64,000 bases of DNA from an uncultured archaeon (GCA_963799775.1 CAWCYD010000003.1:1216001-1280000); one strand, 5' to 3'; shown: positions 37,704-49,745, counted from the stretch's first letter. A program made the numbers and translations. The notes: generated from the letters alone by a model not told the origin.

Positions 37704-38069
37704 TTGGTCAAGATCTCCTTCAAACCGTATGAGGAGCTCATAGTCCACGAACACCAGCGATTCCCGCTCGATGACATGGTCAGGCTGCGTTGCACCGGGA
37801 TGCAGGTCGGGAGCATCGCCCCGAGCTTCCAATGGGCGGACGGGCTGGTGATGTGGAGGGAGACGTTCCCTCAGAACGAGGAGATAACGAAGGAGAACCT
37901 CGAAGGGCGAGTGCACTGGCTCTGGGTCGGATACTCCGACATGTCAGAATACAAGCCGAGCCTCTCGTACAAGGAGACGAGCGTTACGATCCCCGTCGTC
38001 GACCTGAGCAGCAACCCAGTCTACAGCGCTGCCTCCAAATGGTTGAGGGACCAGAAGGGACCGCAGTAG
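37704..38069 (+). CDS. Conserved archaeal hypothetical protein
   Basis: WADG...IPVVD; operonic with the next gene. Confidence 0.6.
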   Translation: MVKISFKPYEELIVHEHQRFPLDDMVRLRCTGMQVGSIAPSFQWADGLVMWRETFPQNEEITKENLEGRVHWLWVGYSDMSEYKPSLSYKETSVTIPVVDLSSNPVYSAASKWLRDQKGPQ

Positions 38070-38073
38070 CCCG

Positions 38074-39117
38074 TTGCCCGTCGGGATGAGAAGAAAGGTG
38101 CCGTCTCGGCCCTCCCTGGGGAAGCTGCCCCCCGAGCTCATGACGAAGTATCTCTTCGGCATGACGGGGGCGAGCTCCAGCAAGGTCGTCGTCGAACCGG
38201 CCCTTGGACTGGACTTTGGCGTCGTGAAGCTTGGCATGGGGGAGGGAAGAAGGGAGAGGTATCTCATCGTCTCCTCAGACCCGATAACCGGAGTTAGCGA
38301 GAAGGCCGGCTGGTACGCGGTCAACGTCAGCGCGAACGACGTCGCGACGAGCGGGAACAGGCCCGGTTTCATGCAGTCTGTGATCCTGCTCGCGGAGGAC
38401 GCCTCAGAGGAGGACGTGAAGCGGCTCTCAGCGGAGATGCACCAGACCGCCGCCGCGCTGGGCATAGCCATAGTCGGTGGGCACACGGAGCGCACGCCGG
38501 GCCTGGAGAGGCCCATAGTCGTCACCACCGCTTTCTCGATCGCGCGAGACTACGTCACGGCAGCCGGAGCGAAGGAGGGCGACACGCTGATGATGACAAA
38601 GACGGCGGGCGTCGAAGGGACGGCGATTCTCGGGACGAGCGCACGTCTCGCAAGACGGTTCGGGAAGAAGACGATGGAGGGTGCTGCAGGGTTCTTCAAG
38701 GAGCTCAGCGTCGTCGAGGAGGCCGTCCAGGCATATGGCACCGGTGCGGTCCACGCGATGCACGACTGCACGGAGGGGGGTGTCCTCGGGGCGTTCTACG
38801 AGATGGCGGCGGCCTCAGGACTGGGTCTGGAGGTGGCCGAGAGGGACATCCCGATAGCCCCAGAGACCAGCAGGATCTGCGGAGAGCTCGGGGTGGACAC
38901 TCTCAAGCTCATCAGCTCTGGGACTCTGCTGATGGCGGTGCGCAAGGGCCACGAGGGCACGGTCAGGGACGCAATCGCGTCGGCCGGGTCGACCGCGACA
39001 ACGATAGGCCGCTTCAAGCGCGGCAGGGTCGTCTTGAGTTCGAAAGGGAAGACGCAGGTGATCGACGGACCGCCCAGGGACGAGATCTGGCGGCTTCACG
39101 AAATGTCGCTGGTGTGA
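38074..39117 (+). CDS. AIR-synthase-related protein (HypE/ThiL-like)
   Basis: GKLP, SSDPITG, NDVA, GGHTE, MHDCTEGG. Confidence 0.85.
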   Translation: MPVGMRRKVPSRPSLGKLPPELMTKYLFGMTGASSSKVVVEPALGLDFGVVKLGMGEGRRERYLIVSSDPITGVSEKAGWYAVNVSANDVATSGNRPGFMQSVILLAEDASEEDVKRLSAEMHQTAAALGIAIVGGHTERTPGLERPIVVTTAFSIARDYVTAAGAKEGDTLMMTKTAGVEGTAILGTSARLARRFGKKTMEGAAGFFKELSVVEEAVQAYGTGAVHAMHDCTEGGVLGAFYEMAAASGLGLEVAERDIPIAPETSRICGELGVDTLKLISSGTLLMAVRKGHEGTVRDAIASAGSTATTIGRFKRGRVVLSSKGKTQVIDGPPRDEIWRLHEMSLV

Positions 39118-39133
39118 TGAGGCACCTCAGACA

Positions 39134-39340
39134 TCATGTCACGGCGCCTTTCTCCACTCTTGCCTCTCCCCCTGAGAAGGCACTGGTCTGCCGACGGTAA
39201 AACCAGTACATGATGATGCCCACGACTATGATGACTACCCCAGGGAAGCCATAGAAGAACCACGTCACGATTCCGAGCAATATCATGAGGAGGGCCGAGT
39301 AGCGGGAAAGTCTGTCGTGGTGCACAGTTACTTTAGCCAT
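39134..39340 (-). CDS. Small membrane protein
   Basis: Two TM segments. Confidence 0.55.
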   Translation of the reverse strand: MAKVTVHHDRLSRYSALLMILLGIVTWFFYGFPGVVIIVVGIIMYWFYRRQTSAFSGGEARVEKGAVT

Positions 39341-39464
39341 CTGCGCTAGCCGCTCTCCCGGTCGTGGCCGGCGTTAAAGCTCTCTGACGCCTGGCGTCAG
39401 CCTTCGCCAGCTTTTCGGCGAGCGGCTAGGCACGGGTGGACGCCGCCATGGACGGCTGCTCCGC

Positions 39465-40548
39465 TCAGGCGCTGGCCGCGTTGACCGAGAAGATCGGCGG
39501 GAGGCCGTCCGCGACGAGGGTCCACTTCCCGCCCCCGTTCCTGCTGAAGTACAGCTGGCCCGTGCCCGTGCCCACATAGACCCCGGAGGGGTCCTCCTCG
39601 TCGGTGTCCATCCCTTCTCTGTAGACGTTGTAGTATGAGCCTCGACGGGAGGCCCCTGCCGAGGGGAGACCATGTCTTCCCTCTGTCCTCAGAGTCCCAC
39701 ACCAGGAACCTCCCGCCTGGAGGGATCCGGGCGGCGCCGGACTCCTCCGGGGCGACATACACCTTCTTGGGATCGTTGTAGTCCACGGCGATCGGAAATC
39801 CGAACCTCGAGGGGAGGTTCCCTGCTATGTCCTTCCACGTCTCGCCGTTGTCGTCGCTCCTGTACTGGCCGCAGTGGTTCTGCTGGTAGATCACGTCAGG
39901 CCTCGACGGGTTGCGCACTAGGTGGTGGGGGCACTGGCCCCACTCTGGGTACTTGTTCGGGCTGAAGTCGGCCCTCAGGTTCTTGTTCTTGAAGGACCAG
40001 GACTCGCTCCCGTCGATGGTCTTGAGTATCCCTACCGAAGATATCGCCACGTGCATGGTGTCTGGGTCCCTCGGGTCTACCAGTATCGAGTGCAGGCATA
40101 GCCCTCCTGCGCCCGGGTTCCATTTCGGTCTTGTCTCCTGCCCGTAGAGCCCCTGATCCAAAGCCCAGGTCTCGCCTCCGTCCTTGCTGCGGAAGAGCGA
40201 TGCCGGGTCGACCCCGCAGTAGACGACGTCCGGCTCTTCCTCGGCGCCCGGCTCGAAGTGCCATATCCTCTTCATCGTCCAGTCGGAGCCCTTCGCGAAC
40301 CTGGGCGGCTTCTTCCCCTCCTTCCATGTCCTGCCCAGGCCCTTACTCGTCGCGACCCTGGAGCCGAGGAAGTCGTTGTTGACGGCCGCGAACATCTTCT
40401 TCTGCCGCGGGTCGAACGCGACGTGATAGATGGGAATCCCCTTGAAATGAGGCCCGGACGACCTCCATGTCTTTCTTCCGTCGCCGGACTCGAAGATGAA
40501 CGCCCCCTTCTTGGTCCCGACCATGACCAGATTTCTCGCCTTTGTCAT
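39465..40548 (-). CDS. BNR/Asp-box beta-propeller protein, frameshift near 39640
   Basis: VGTKKG, repeated SxDGGxTW, PGAGGLCLH, QQNHCG. Confidence 0.85.
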
Positions 40549-40874
40549 CGGCGAGCTTCCTCCAGTTTGCTTTCCTTGGCTCCCGACATTGTCCTACTCC
40601 CTCCCGCCACTGAGGGCAGGATGTAGATAACGTCTCCATCTTTGGTCCTTGTCGATTCCCCCTGTAGCTCCCTGATCTCCTGTTCGTTGACGAAGATGTT
40701 GATGTATCGACGCGTCCTGTCGTGCTCGTCCATTATTCTGTCCTTGAAGGACGGCAGCTTGGAGTCCAGCTGAGAGACGACGTCGAGGACGTCCCTGGCG
40801 CTCTCGATCTCAATCTCTGCCGACCCTCCAGTGTGGTCTCTCAGATGCCCCGCCAGATGTACCTTGATCGTCAA
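40545..40874 (-). CDS. Ubiquitin-like MoaD/SAMP protein with a C-terminal extension
   Basis: INIFVN...DGDVIYILPSVAGG followed by 17 more residues. Confidence 0.85.
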   Translation of the reverse strand: MTIKVHLAGHLRDHTGGSAEIEIESARDVLDVVSQLDSKLPSFKDRIMDEHDRTRRYINIFVNEQEIRELQGESTRTKDGDVIYILPSVAGGSRTMSGAKESKLEEARR

Positions 40875-41005
40875 GGGTCGCGCCTACACGGGGAGGCATC
40901 GGGGTATTTGTTTTTCACTGCGAGCGGCAAGAAGGGTATTGTTAATCGGAGTTGAACGGGATACAATCCTTATCTCACCACTCTTAGGGCCTAGCGTCCG
41001 ACCAA

Positions 41006-41780
41006 TTGCCCAAGGAGACTGGAACGGCAGCGTCACAGACGACGCCTGATGAGCAATCATGCTGGATATGCGGCAGGACATCGAGCGAGATCGGTTCCGC
41101 GCTGTCAGGAGACACCGAGGACGAGGTGAAGATCTCAAAGGAGATTGCGGCGACGAAGGCCGCCCGTGAAGCCTTGGTCTCGAACTCCTCCAAGTGGAGG
41201 GAGGGTGTGCCTGAGCCGTTCAAGGAGTTCGACCTGGCATTCGTCCTCCAGAACGCCGACCAGTTCAGGTCCATGCAGTTCCTAGGCGCCTTGATAGACG
41301 AGGCAAAGAGCACGGTCAGGGAGCTCGACGAGGTCTCCCTCTCAGTGAGGAAGGGCGCGATCATCAAGGTGAGCGGCACCGCCGTCGACGAGTCGCAGCG
41401 GGCCTCGATAGCGGAGAGGTTGAACGAGTTCGAGAAGAGGACCGGGCGCAAGCTCAAGAAGGAGCATGGACCTCCACGACGTCGAGTACCAGAGGCTCGG
41501 CTACATCGCGCGTCTGAGCGGGCTGAAGCTGCTCGACGGCATCGAGTACGTGAAGGAGGCGGGCTTATTCTACTACGACCTCCAGCTCGAGGCCAAGGAG
41601 AGGGCGCGAGTGATAGCGAGCAAGCGGAGACCGGCATGGAAGCTCAGGTCTGTGAGGTTCAAGGACTTCCCGAAGGAGGTCGCTGTCTGCACGGTGTGCG
41701 AGAGGCTGCTGACGGACTTCCGGCCTGTCCCTGAGGCGACGGTCCAGAGCAAGACCTCCAGGCCCGAAGCAAGACTCTAG
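41006..41780 (+). CDS. Hypothetical protein with split CxxC...CxxC, frameshift near 41465
   Basis: N-terminal CWICG and C-terminal VCTVC in two overlapping ORFs. Confidence 0.55.
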
Positions 41781-42436
41781 TGGCTCTGTGCCACTCTTTC
41801 TTCCCGGAGAAGAACCTCTGATCCGCTGAGCCTCAGCATGTATGCCGACACCGCGAGCATCCAGGCAAGGACCAGGCCGATGAAGATCCTCTCTGTCAGA
41901 CCTCCCACTTTTGAGGCGAACCTAGGCAAGACTGACGGCCCGAAGAAGAGGAACAGGAAGAAGACCAGAGCGAGGGTTGCGATCGCCTCGGTGTATCGGC
42001 CGAGCCCTTTGAGCGCGGGCTCGCGTGCGAATGCCCGCGATATCGATACGGCCCCGACCGCCGCAGAAAGAAATGCAAGACCGGCGACCACAAGATGGAC
42101 GGTCCCGTGGGCTGTCGCAGGACCGCTCACGTCTGTTGGGGAGACGGAGAGCATGAGCGCGCCTGCTCCCCAGACTCCAAGCAGCGCAAGGCCCGTCTTG
42201 AAGGGGCCCTTCCAAGAGACTATCGATGCGAGGCCATAGACGAAGAGAAGAGAAAAGATCCCGCGATTCACGAAGTTCAAGGCCATTATGTAGCCGTAGG
42301 GGCCCACGGCCAGGTCGCTCTCGGCCTGGCTGATTGGACTGTAGTGAGGCGGGAGCGACTGTGCGATGGCGTCCAGGACGACGTAGAGGACGATGCCAGC
42401 TGCGGTGGCACTGAAGAACGGACGGGCGCCGCGCAC
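41777..42436 (-). CDS. DUF998 family membrane protein
   Basis: PHYSPISQAESDLAVGPYG, GTVH, GLTERIF; apparent fusion to MMPL arises from a frameshift. Confidence 0.75.
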   Translation of the reverse strand: MRGARPFFSATAAGIVLYVVLDAIAQSLPPHYSPISQAESDLAVGPYGYIMALNFVNRGIFSLLFVYGLASIVSWKGPFKTGLALLGVWGAGALMLSVSPTDVSGPATAHGTVHLVVAGLAFLSAAVGAVSISRAFAREPALKGLGRYTEAIATLALVFFLFLFFGPSVLPRFASKVGGLTERIFIGLVLAWMLAVSAYMLRLSGSEVLLREERVAQSH

Positions 42437-42459
42437 TCGCTTGCCATCGGGGTTGCCGC

Positions 42460-45391
42460 TCAAGAGGGCTGGTCGCTCTTCTGAGAGGGCGCTGGCTTCA
42501 AAGTCTTTCCGCGGGCGTAGAGGCTCCTCGACCTCCTGAGCACCGAGACCGGGTTGTACCAGTTCCACTTGCCCAGGAAGGACATCACTGCCGGGACGAG
42601 GTAGGTCCATCACGAAGAGCGCGTCCACGAGGATCGAGAACGAGAACGCGAATCCGATCTGCTTGAGCAGGAGGTCGCCCGAGAGCATCAGAGCACCCAG
42701 TGAGCCTGCAAGGATCACGGCTGCAGCCGTGATTATCCCTCCGGTGTTCTCGATGGCCCTGATCACCGCTTCGTTCCTGTTGTCGTCCTTGCGGCTCTCC
42801 TCGCGGACCCTCGTGAGGATGAAGATGTTGTAGTCCATGCCGAGGCCGAGAAGGGTGACGAAGAGGAAGAGGGGCGTTATGAAGAGAAGGTCGTAGTTGT
42901 ACAGCGCCTTGAAGACGAGCTCCGTGAGCGCCAGGGTCCAGATGATGCTCATGAGCACGGAGATGAGGGCGAAGAGGGGGAGCACGAGGGAGTCGAGGAC
43001 GATGAACAGGACCAGTGCGACCCCTACGGCAACGAGGGGCACGACCTGGTCGAACTGGGAGGTGGACACCTGCTTCGTGTCGACGATGGAGCCGGAGGCC
43101 CCCCCGAGGAGCACCTGCGCGACGTCTGGCTTGTTGTCGAACCTCAGATGGAGGTAGCTGCGCATCGACTGGGCGTCGTCGAGCGCCTTGGTCGACGACG
43201 GGTCGATCCTGAAGCTCAGGGTGATGAGGGATGTCTTGTTGTCCCTGCCGATGTTCTGGAGGATCGCGCTCCTCGTCTGGGCGGCCTGAGCATCGGTCCC
43301 GCCCTGTATGGCAAGGGAAGAGTAGTTGACCGGGCGGCCGTATGGCATGGTCGGGCCTGTCACGTTGGCCACGTCGGGGTTGGAGCTCAGGTAGTCGGAG
43401 ATGTTCTGGAGAGCCCCCATCTCGTAGGGGTCGAAAACAGTCCCGTTCCACAAGGGCTTCGTGAAGGAGACGACGACGTAGGAGGGGTTCAGCCTTCCAC
43501 CGCCGAACGCGGAGGTGAGGTGGTTCGAGGCGCTCACAGATTCCAGGTTCTTGGGCGCGCCTGATAGGAAGTCGTAGGTCGGGGTCGTCCCGACGTAGAC
43601 GTAGAGCGCAGGGATCGAGACCAGGAGCGCCACGACCATCAAGCTCTTCGCGTGCTTGACGGAGAAGGCGCCGCTCTTGGAGAAGTAGCCCGACCTCGTC
43701 TCCAGCTTCGAGAGGACTCCCTTGGAGTGCGCGGCGAACCGCCTCCCGGAGGTGGGCCAGAAGATCTTCTGCGGAAGGACCGCCAGGAGGGAAGGGACGA
43801 GCGTGAGCGCGATCAAGAGCGCAACCAAGACGCCTAGACCCACCACGATGCCCATGGTCTGGAGGAAGACGACAGAGGTGAACGCCAGGGAGAGGAAAGA
43901 GATGATGACCGTTGCCCCGCTGGTCGCTATGCTCTCTCCCGCCCAGGTGACGGACGTTATGATGGCCTCGTCGGGGGAGAGGCCTCTGACCCTCTCTTCC
44001 CGATATCGCGAGATGATGAAGACGCTGTAGTCCGTCCCGACCCCGATCACGATGGTGAGGAGGATGGTCGGGATCGTAAAATCGACCTTCGCGATGAAGG
44101 TGCCCGCGAGCACGATGAAGACCTGGGAGATCCCGAGAGCGACTCCAATCCCGCTCAGGGTGACGAACGGGGTCACGACCGACCTGAAGAACAACCCCGT
44201 CGCGACGATGAGCAGGCCTATCGTGACGGGGAGGATGAGCCCGAGGTCGCCCGTGGTCGAGCCTCCAAAGTCCAAGGAGACGGCGTCCCCGCCCGTCACC
44301 TGGACCGCGGATATCCCCGAGTTCGAACTGGAGGGGACGCTCGACAGCCCGTTCGGGAGGCCCATCCCAGCGATTATCGAGCGTATGGCGACGACGTTGC
44401 TGGTCGAAGACTGGTTCTCTGTTATGGAGATCAGCGTTGTATTGGAGTTGGGCGAGACGAAAGAGGAGACCAGGGAAGCGATCCGCGGCCCGACCGAGTA
44501 CCTGCTCGGATGGGACGTGATGCCGGCGGCGAGCCCGTCGAGCTGCGCCTGCGCGGGCTTGGGCCCGAGCGTCATCGCCGCCCTGACGAAGGCCGGCGAG
44601 AGCGCGCTGGAGTTTGCCACGTAGCTTGCCGCGAACTGGGTCAGCTTCTGGTTGGAGGTTGTGGCGCTGCCCAAGTACGTCTGAAGCGAATAGGAGTGGA
44701 GGAGGGCGGTCCCGAAACCGACGCTCTTCGGGATGTAGGTAGCAAGGAAGGAAGGAGCCGACTCGTTCACGGCGAGAGAGGCCCGCGCCACGGCGGTGAG
44801 GTTCTGGGTGGCCGGGCTCGACCAGCTCGCGCTCCAGCTCTCGTTGAAGAGGGAGAGCAGGTGGGAGGTGTAATCCTGATACTCCGTGGAGTTCATCTGG
44901 GAGAGACGAGCCGAGGTCAAAGAGTAGGCCTGCGCGTTCGCCGAGTCCACGTCGCGCGTCTGGTTGTAAGCGCCGGACCACTCGCTCAGGTAGAGCGCCG
45001 GGACGCCATAGAGGAGATCGGCGGTGCTGTTGGCCTGGGTCAGAGCCTTTTGCGCCCCCGCATCGGTCCCGTTGAGGATCGGGTAGAGTATCGAGTAGAC
45101 CGTGGTTACGTTCTGGACGCCTTGAAGGGCCTTGTCAGTGCTTACCTTCTCGACCAGCGCGCGTATGGTGTCCTGGACCGGGGGAGTCGTGACGTTGCTC
45201 CCTGTGACCACGACGACCAGGCTGTTGTTTGCCACCGTGTGCGCAAACTGCGCCTGGATGATGTTTGCCGCCCGTGCGGACTCCAGGGTGCTCCCGGATG
45301 CCGAGCCCTGCGAGAGCGAGAGGACGTTTCCCTCTTGGAGCACCGCGGGGATGAGCGCGACGAGGGCGATGATCCAGAAGGCGATGATCAC
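42460..45391 (-). CDS. MMPL/RND transporter, frameshift near 42605; true start slightly upstream
   Basis: GVGTDYSVFIISRYREE, GLGMDYNIFILTRVREE. Confidence 0.9.
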
Positions 45392-45735
45392 CCTGTGCCT
45401 CCTTATGACGAGGCCGCCGAGCCGGGAGAAGAGAGTGCCGCGCGAAGCCCTGGCCTTGCTCGTAGGAGAGTTCCCTCTGGTGGTCAGTGGCTTTGCTCAG
45501 TCCTCGCCTTCCACCGCGGCCCTCGAAGCCGGTTCTTAAGTCTAGGTCGAGAGAATTCTTGGGTCGAGCCGCAGAAGTCTGACCGGCCGCCTCTCTGCCG
45601 GCTGACAGCATCCGGAAGTGTGGTTTCTGAAACCTTAGGAGTTCGGAGGCTTCACGGTCGCGACTTGGGTCATGCTCGGCGCTAGAACATTTGGACGAAA
45701 GACTTATATCACAAAAGTTCGTTTGTTAACGAAAA

Positions 45736-45948
45736 GTGTCGAATATGATGGGCGATGAAGAGGACCAGAACCTTAGGCACGACGTCAACTACCTACGGTT
45801 CCTGCTCGAATCAGGCCTGAGCGAGGAGGAGATCACCAAAATCGCCAGTGAACAGAACCCGAAGCTCGAGGTGTGCTTCTCTGAAGAGGCGTGCATGAGC
45901 CAGTCCAGGACTCTAGAGACGGGTAAGTACATAGTACTCATCAGCTAG
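45736..45948 (+). CDS. Small hypothetical protein
   Basis: 70-aa ORF with an upstream TATA-like TTATAT. Confidence 0.4.
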   Translation: MSNMMGDEEDQNLRHDVNYLRFLLESGLSEEEITKIASEQNPKLEVCFSEEACMSQSRTLETGKYIVLIS

Positions 45949-45973
45949 CAGCCGGAACATACTCCGTGCTGGC

Positions 45974-48125
45974 CTAGTTCGGGTTCGGGATGAAGTAGGA
46001 CTCGATTCCCCTGTAGCGGAACTTGCTCGCCCGTTTGCCTTCGATGGGTATCTTGGTGCCGCAATCCCTGCAACGGTAGTCGGCATCCAGGTTCCAACCC
46101 GTTATCATGAAGCCATGCCTCTCGATTGCTACTGCGTTGCAGCCCGGGCAGTAGGTGTGCTCGTGTGGGTTGCCGGGGACGTTCCCGATGTAGGCGTAGT
46201 TCAACCCTGCTTCTTTTGCTATCTTGTGGTGCTTCTCGAGGAGTTCGTACGGAGTCACCGCGACGTCGAGCAGCTTGTAGTCGGGGTGGAACCTGGTGAA
46301 CTGGATAGGGACATCAGGCCCTAGGTTGTCGTGGAGCCAGTTGCACAGCCGCCTGGCCTCGTCCAGGTCCCTCTCCCACCTGCGGGATGATCAGATCGGT
46401 GAGCTCGGTGTGGATCTTCTGAGCCTTGAGCTCGAGCAGGGTCTCCTTGATGGGCTCTGCGCTCACTGTCATCGTCTGCCTCCTTTGGAAGACCTCCTCC
46501 CCGCTGCCCTTGTAGTCCACGACGACAGCGTCAACGTATCCCTTGATCGCTCGGACGGCCTCGACGGTCCCATAGCCGTTGGTCACGAAAAGCGTGTACT
46601 TGCCTTTCCGATGGGCCTCCCTCGCCGCGTCGATAACGTACTCGACGAAGATCGTCGGCTCGTTGTAGCTGAATCCCACTCCCTCACAGTCGTTCTCCTC
46701 TGCGAGCATCGGGACTCTCTCGGGCGGGACGTCCTCGCCGTAGACGTCTGTCTCTTTGCTGATGGCATGGTTCTGGCAGAAGAGGCAGTTGTGAACCAGA
46801 ATCCCGTCTGCAACGTAAGTGTGACTCGGTATGCATTCGAAGCCGTAAACGGTCGTTGTCTGCCCGGTGGCCTTGACGTCGAGGACTCGAACCCAGTGCT
46901 TGTCATTTTCCATCACGACATTTTTCAGATGAGCCGTAACCAATTGTCCGATGTCGTCGGCGTGGTTGTAAATCGCCGAGCCCGGGATTCTCACTACTTT
47001 CCAGCCGTTCTCCCTCAGTGTGGCGTCCCTTGCAATGTCTCGTTTCTTGATCCGTTCGTCGTTGTAGTGCCACCATCCATCGACCTCGAAATCGAGCTTT
47101 AGCTCAGGAATCGCGGCATCCAGGATGTACTTGGTTTGAGAGTCTTGAAGCATGATTTCAGGTTTCAGGATAAACTCGCGTTCATAGTTGACGCCTAGCT
47201 TGTCGAGTACCTCATACAAGATGAGCTGCGCCTTCGAAGGGTGCTTGTGAAGCGAAGCTCTAAAACGCTCAATGTTCTTGTGGAGACCGTAGTTGGGGTC
47301 GGTCCGAAGCTTCATCCTCACCGTCGCTTTCATTTTCTCGATGGCCGCCGCATCTCTCATCGGATTCCGAGTCTTCATCATCTCTCGGAGTAGGGCGCGT
47401 TGTGATTCGGGCATGACCTGTTCCTCGGCGTAACATCCATTTCTATGCGTAGCCCACGCATTCACGCCTTGAAGTATCGCACCGCACTTTTTGCACTCAA
47501 ATTCAGACGCCCTTTGAGCCGCAATTCTGCTCGCGGAAGGCTGCGCATACACTCTCAAGATGTGGTCTCCGGGTTTGAGGTCCGCGACTTGCGTCCATCC
47601 ACCTCTCGTCAATACCGGATGGTCGCCAGTAATCAATGTCTTCCGACTCTTCTTCTTCTGGGTTGCTTTCGTACCGCCCCACCACACAGCCCAGAGTTCT
47701 GCTTGCCTTGTCCTGATTTCTGTGACGACATTTGGCCGAGGCTTCGACCCGGACATGTCCTCACCTGTTACGTCGTAGGACCATAGCGCGTCGCCCTTTT
47801 CCAGAGTCTCGACGTTCTTTGTCGAGCCATCGGCGAGCGTGATTCTTGTTCCAGCCGGGTGGCAGTGCCAGTTGCAACTGATCGTCCCGACGGTGAATAC
47901 GTGGGTGCCAGGATGGAAGTGGTTGAAAGGTTTCTTCTCTATCGGATCAATCTGCATCGCAGCTAGCTTCCCATAGACGGAGAGGTAGAGCTTCCCCCCG
48001 ACGTTCTTCCTCACGTAGCAGAAGCCGTGCGAGCCTTCCGGGATCGAGCATCTCCGGTTGCACGCGTCACAGACTATCCTGCCTCCGCCGACAGGATGCC
48101 ACAAGATGCCCTCCTTCTCTACCAT
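45974..48125 (-). CDS. amrS: AmmeMemoRadiSam radical SAM enzyme containing an intein; frameshift near 46375
   Basis: DPIEKKP, CNWH[intein]CLFCQN, YNEPT, VTNGY, YIGNVPG, TYCPGC. Confidence 0.9.
46788..47864 (-). mobile_element. Intein (359 aa) with a DUF559/Vsr-like endonuclease
   Basis: Starts CHPAGT, block B ITGDHP, ends YVADGILVHN|C; internal FEVDGWWH...RD..RD..L...GWKVVRI. Confidence 0.92.
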
Positions 48126-48187
48126 CCTCTCTGTTCTGCCCGAATGTGCGGCCCATCCCTATAAGGGCTGTCCCAGTTCTCGAAGTC

Positions 48188-49056
48188 TCATGACTTTGCG
48201 AAGGTGACCGAGGGGTACCCCACGACCGCCGAATTGTCGCCGGTCGTGTCGCCGCTCGTGGCGTACTTGTTCACGACGCCCCTCGCATACCCAAGGAGTC
48301 TGCACGTCTCCATCACGGTCCCAATGGCCCCGTAGCCGCACGCGGTGATGTTTCGACGCTCCAAGGTCGTGTAGAAGGAGTCGAGGTCCAGCGACTGGAC
48401 GTGCTCGAGGAGCGAGGCGTCTTTCTCCCTCGCCTGCGAGGCAGGCTCGTAGTGCGTGAGGTCAGATGAGGCTATCAGGATCGCGTTGACGTCCGCCTCG
48501 CCCGCCTCTTTCAGGAGCTCGGCAAGTCCCTTCGCCAAGTCTCGGGCGATGGATTTTTCCTGAAAGGCAAGCGAGATGGGGAGGAAGCTGAACGAGTTGC
48601 CATAGAGGTGCTGCAGAAAGGGAAGCTGGACCTCGATCGAGTGCTCTCGCCTGTGCGCCAGGGGGTCGATGTCGACGAAGCCGGTCAGATGGACGATCGC
48701 CTTCGAGGCGTCATCGTCGATCGAGACCCTTCCGAGGGGCGTCTCCCATTCCCCTTCGCCATACGTGGCGACGCCGCTCCCAACCCCGTAATGGTTCGGC
48801 CCCACTATGACGACGAGTTCAGGCTCCGAGATCGCGGAGACGTCCAAGTAGCTGTAGGCTGCGACAGGCCCCGAGTAGGCGTAGCCGGCATGAGGGCACA
48901 CGCAGGCCACGAGCCCGCTGGTCTCCCCCGGCTTGACGATGGAGGGGAGCCTCCCGGGGCCGATCTTGTTGAGGTAAGCGTCTTCGATCGCGCGCTTGAG
49001 ATCTGCGGGGTCCGCGGGATAGAAGGCCCTGCGACGGCCGGGCTTCGAACTAGCAT
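48188..49056 (-). CDS. amrB: AmmeMemoRadiSam protein B (MEMO1 family), frameshift near the 5' end
   Basis: R.PAVAG/FYP, PHAGYAYSG, GPNH, EHSIEVQLPFLQ, SSDLTHY. Confidence 0.92.
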
Positions 49057-49100
49057 CCTCGTCGCAGGGCAAACCGCCTCGTCAAACAAAAGGGTTTAAC

Positions 49101-49745
49101 ATGAGGCACAGGGCTCGACGTGACAACTTGCCTCTTTCGCTCGAGCAGGGCGCCCGGTTGGTCTCGATTGCAAGAAGGGCAATCGATTCGACGGTCGTCG
49201 GAGGGAAGGAGCCTGACGGCGAAGAGTTCGACTCGCACGCCGACTCCGAGTTCCTGAAGGAACTCCGTGGGGCTTTCGTGACTCTGAACACCACGAACGG
49301 CGACCTGAGGGGCTGCATCGGCATCCCATACCCTGTGAAGCCTCTCGGGGAGGCCGTGGTGCACGCGGCAGTCGGCGCAGCGAGGCACGATCCGAGGTTC
49401 CCGAGGGTCGACGCTTCGGAGCTAGACTCTCTGATAGTCGAGGTCAGCGCGCTGACCCGGCCCGAGCCGTTGGAGTGCAAGGCTGACGAGCTTGCGAAGC
49501 ATGTGAGCATCGGTCGAGACGGACTGATCGTCTCCGCGGACGGGACCAGCGGGCTTCTTCTGCCCCAGGTGGCGACCGAGATGGAACTTACTCCCGAGGA
49601 GTTCCTCTCGCTAACGTGCCGGAAGGCGGGGCTGCCCCCCGATGCTTGGATCATCCCCGGCGTCAAGGTCCACAGGTTCCAAGCAGAGGTGTTCACAGAG
49701 TCGACGCCGCGCGGGCTGGTCGGCGAAGCAAAGATTCACGCGTGA
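49101..49745 (+). CDS. amrA: AmmeMemoRadiSam protein A (AMMECR1 family)
   Basis: GAFVTL, LRGCIG, DPRF, GLLLPQV, CRKAGL. Confidence 0.92.
   Translation: MRHRARRDNLPLSLEQGARLVSIARRAIDSTVVGGKEPDGEEFDSHADSEFLKELRGAFVTLNTTNGDLRGCIGIPYPVKPLGEAVVHAAVGAARHDPRFPRVDASELDSLIVEVSALTRPEPLECKADELAKHVSIGRDGLIVSADGTSGLLLPQVATEMELTPEEFLSLTCRKAGLPPDAWIIPGVKVHRFQAEVFTESTPRGLVGEAKIHA

Noticed and set aside
42585-44981. Long alternative-frame or antisense ORFs (for example 798 aa here, 480 aa at 55157-56599, 511 aa at 49962-51497)
   Set aside because: Arg/Gly/Pro-rich shadow ORFs expected from high-GC codon bias over real genes
41777-45391. 1204-aa MMPL-DUF998 fusion protein
   Set aside because: The natural MMPL C-terminus (TYLVPAVMSFLGKWNW) continues in another frame to a stop at 42460; the fusion is an indel artefact
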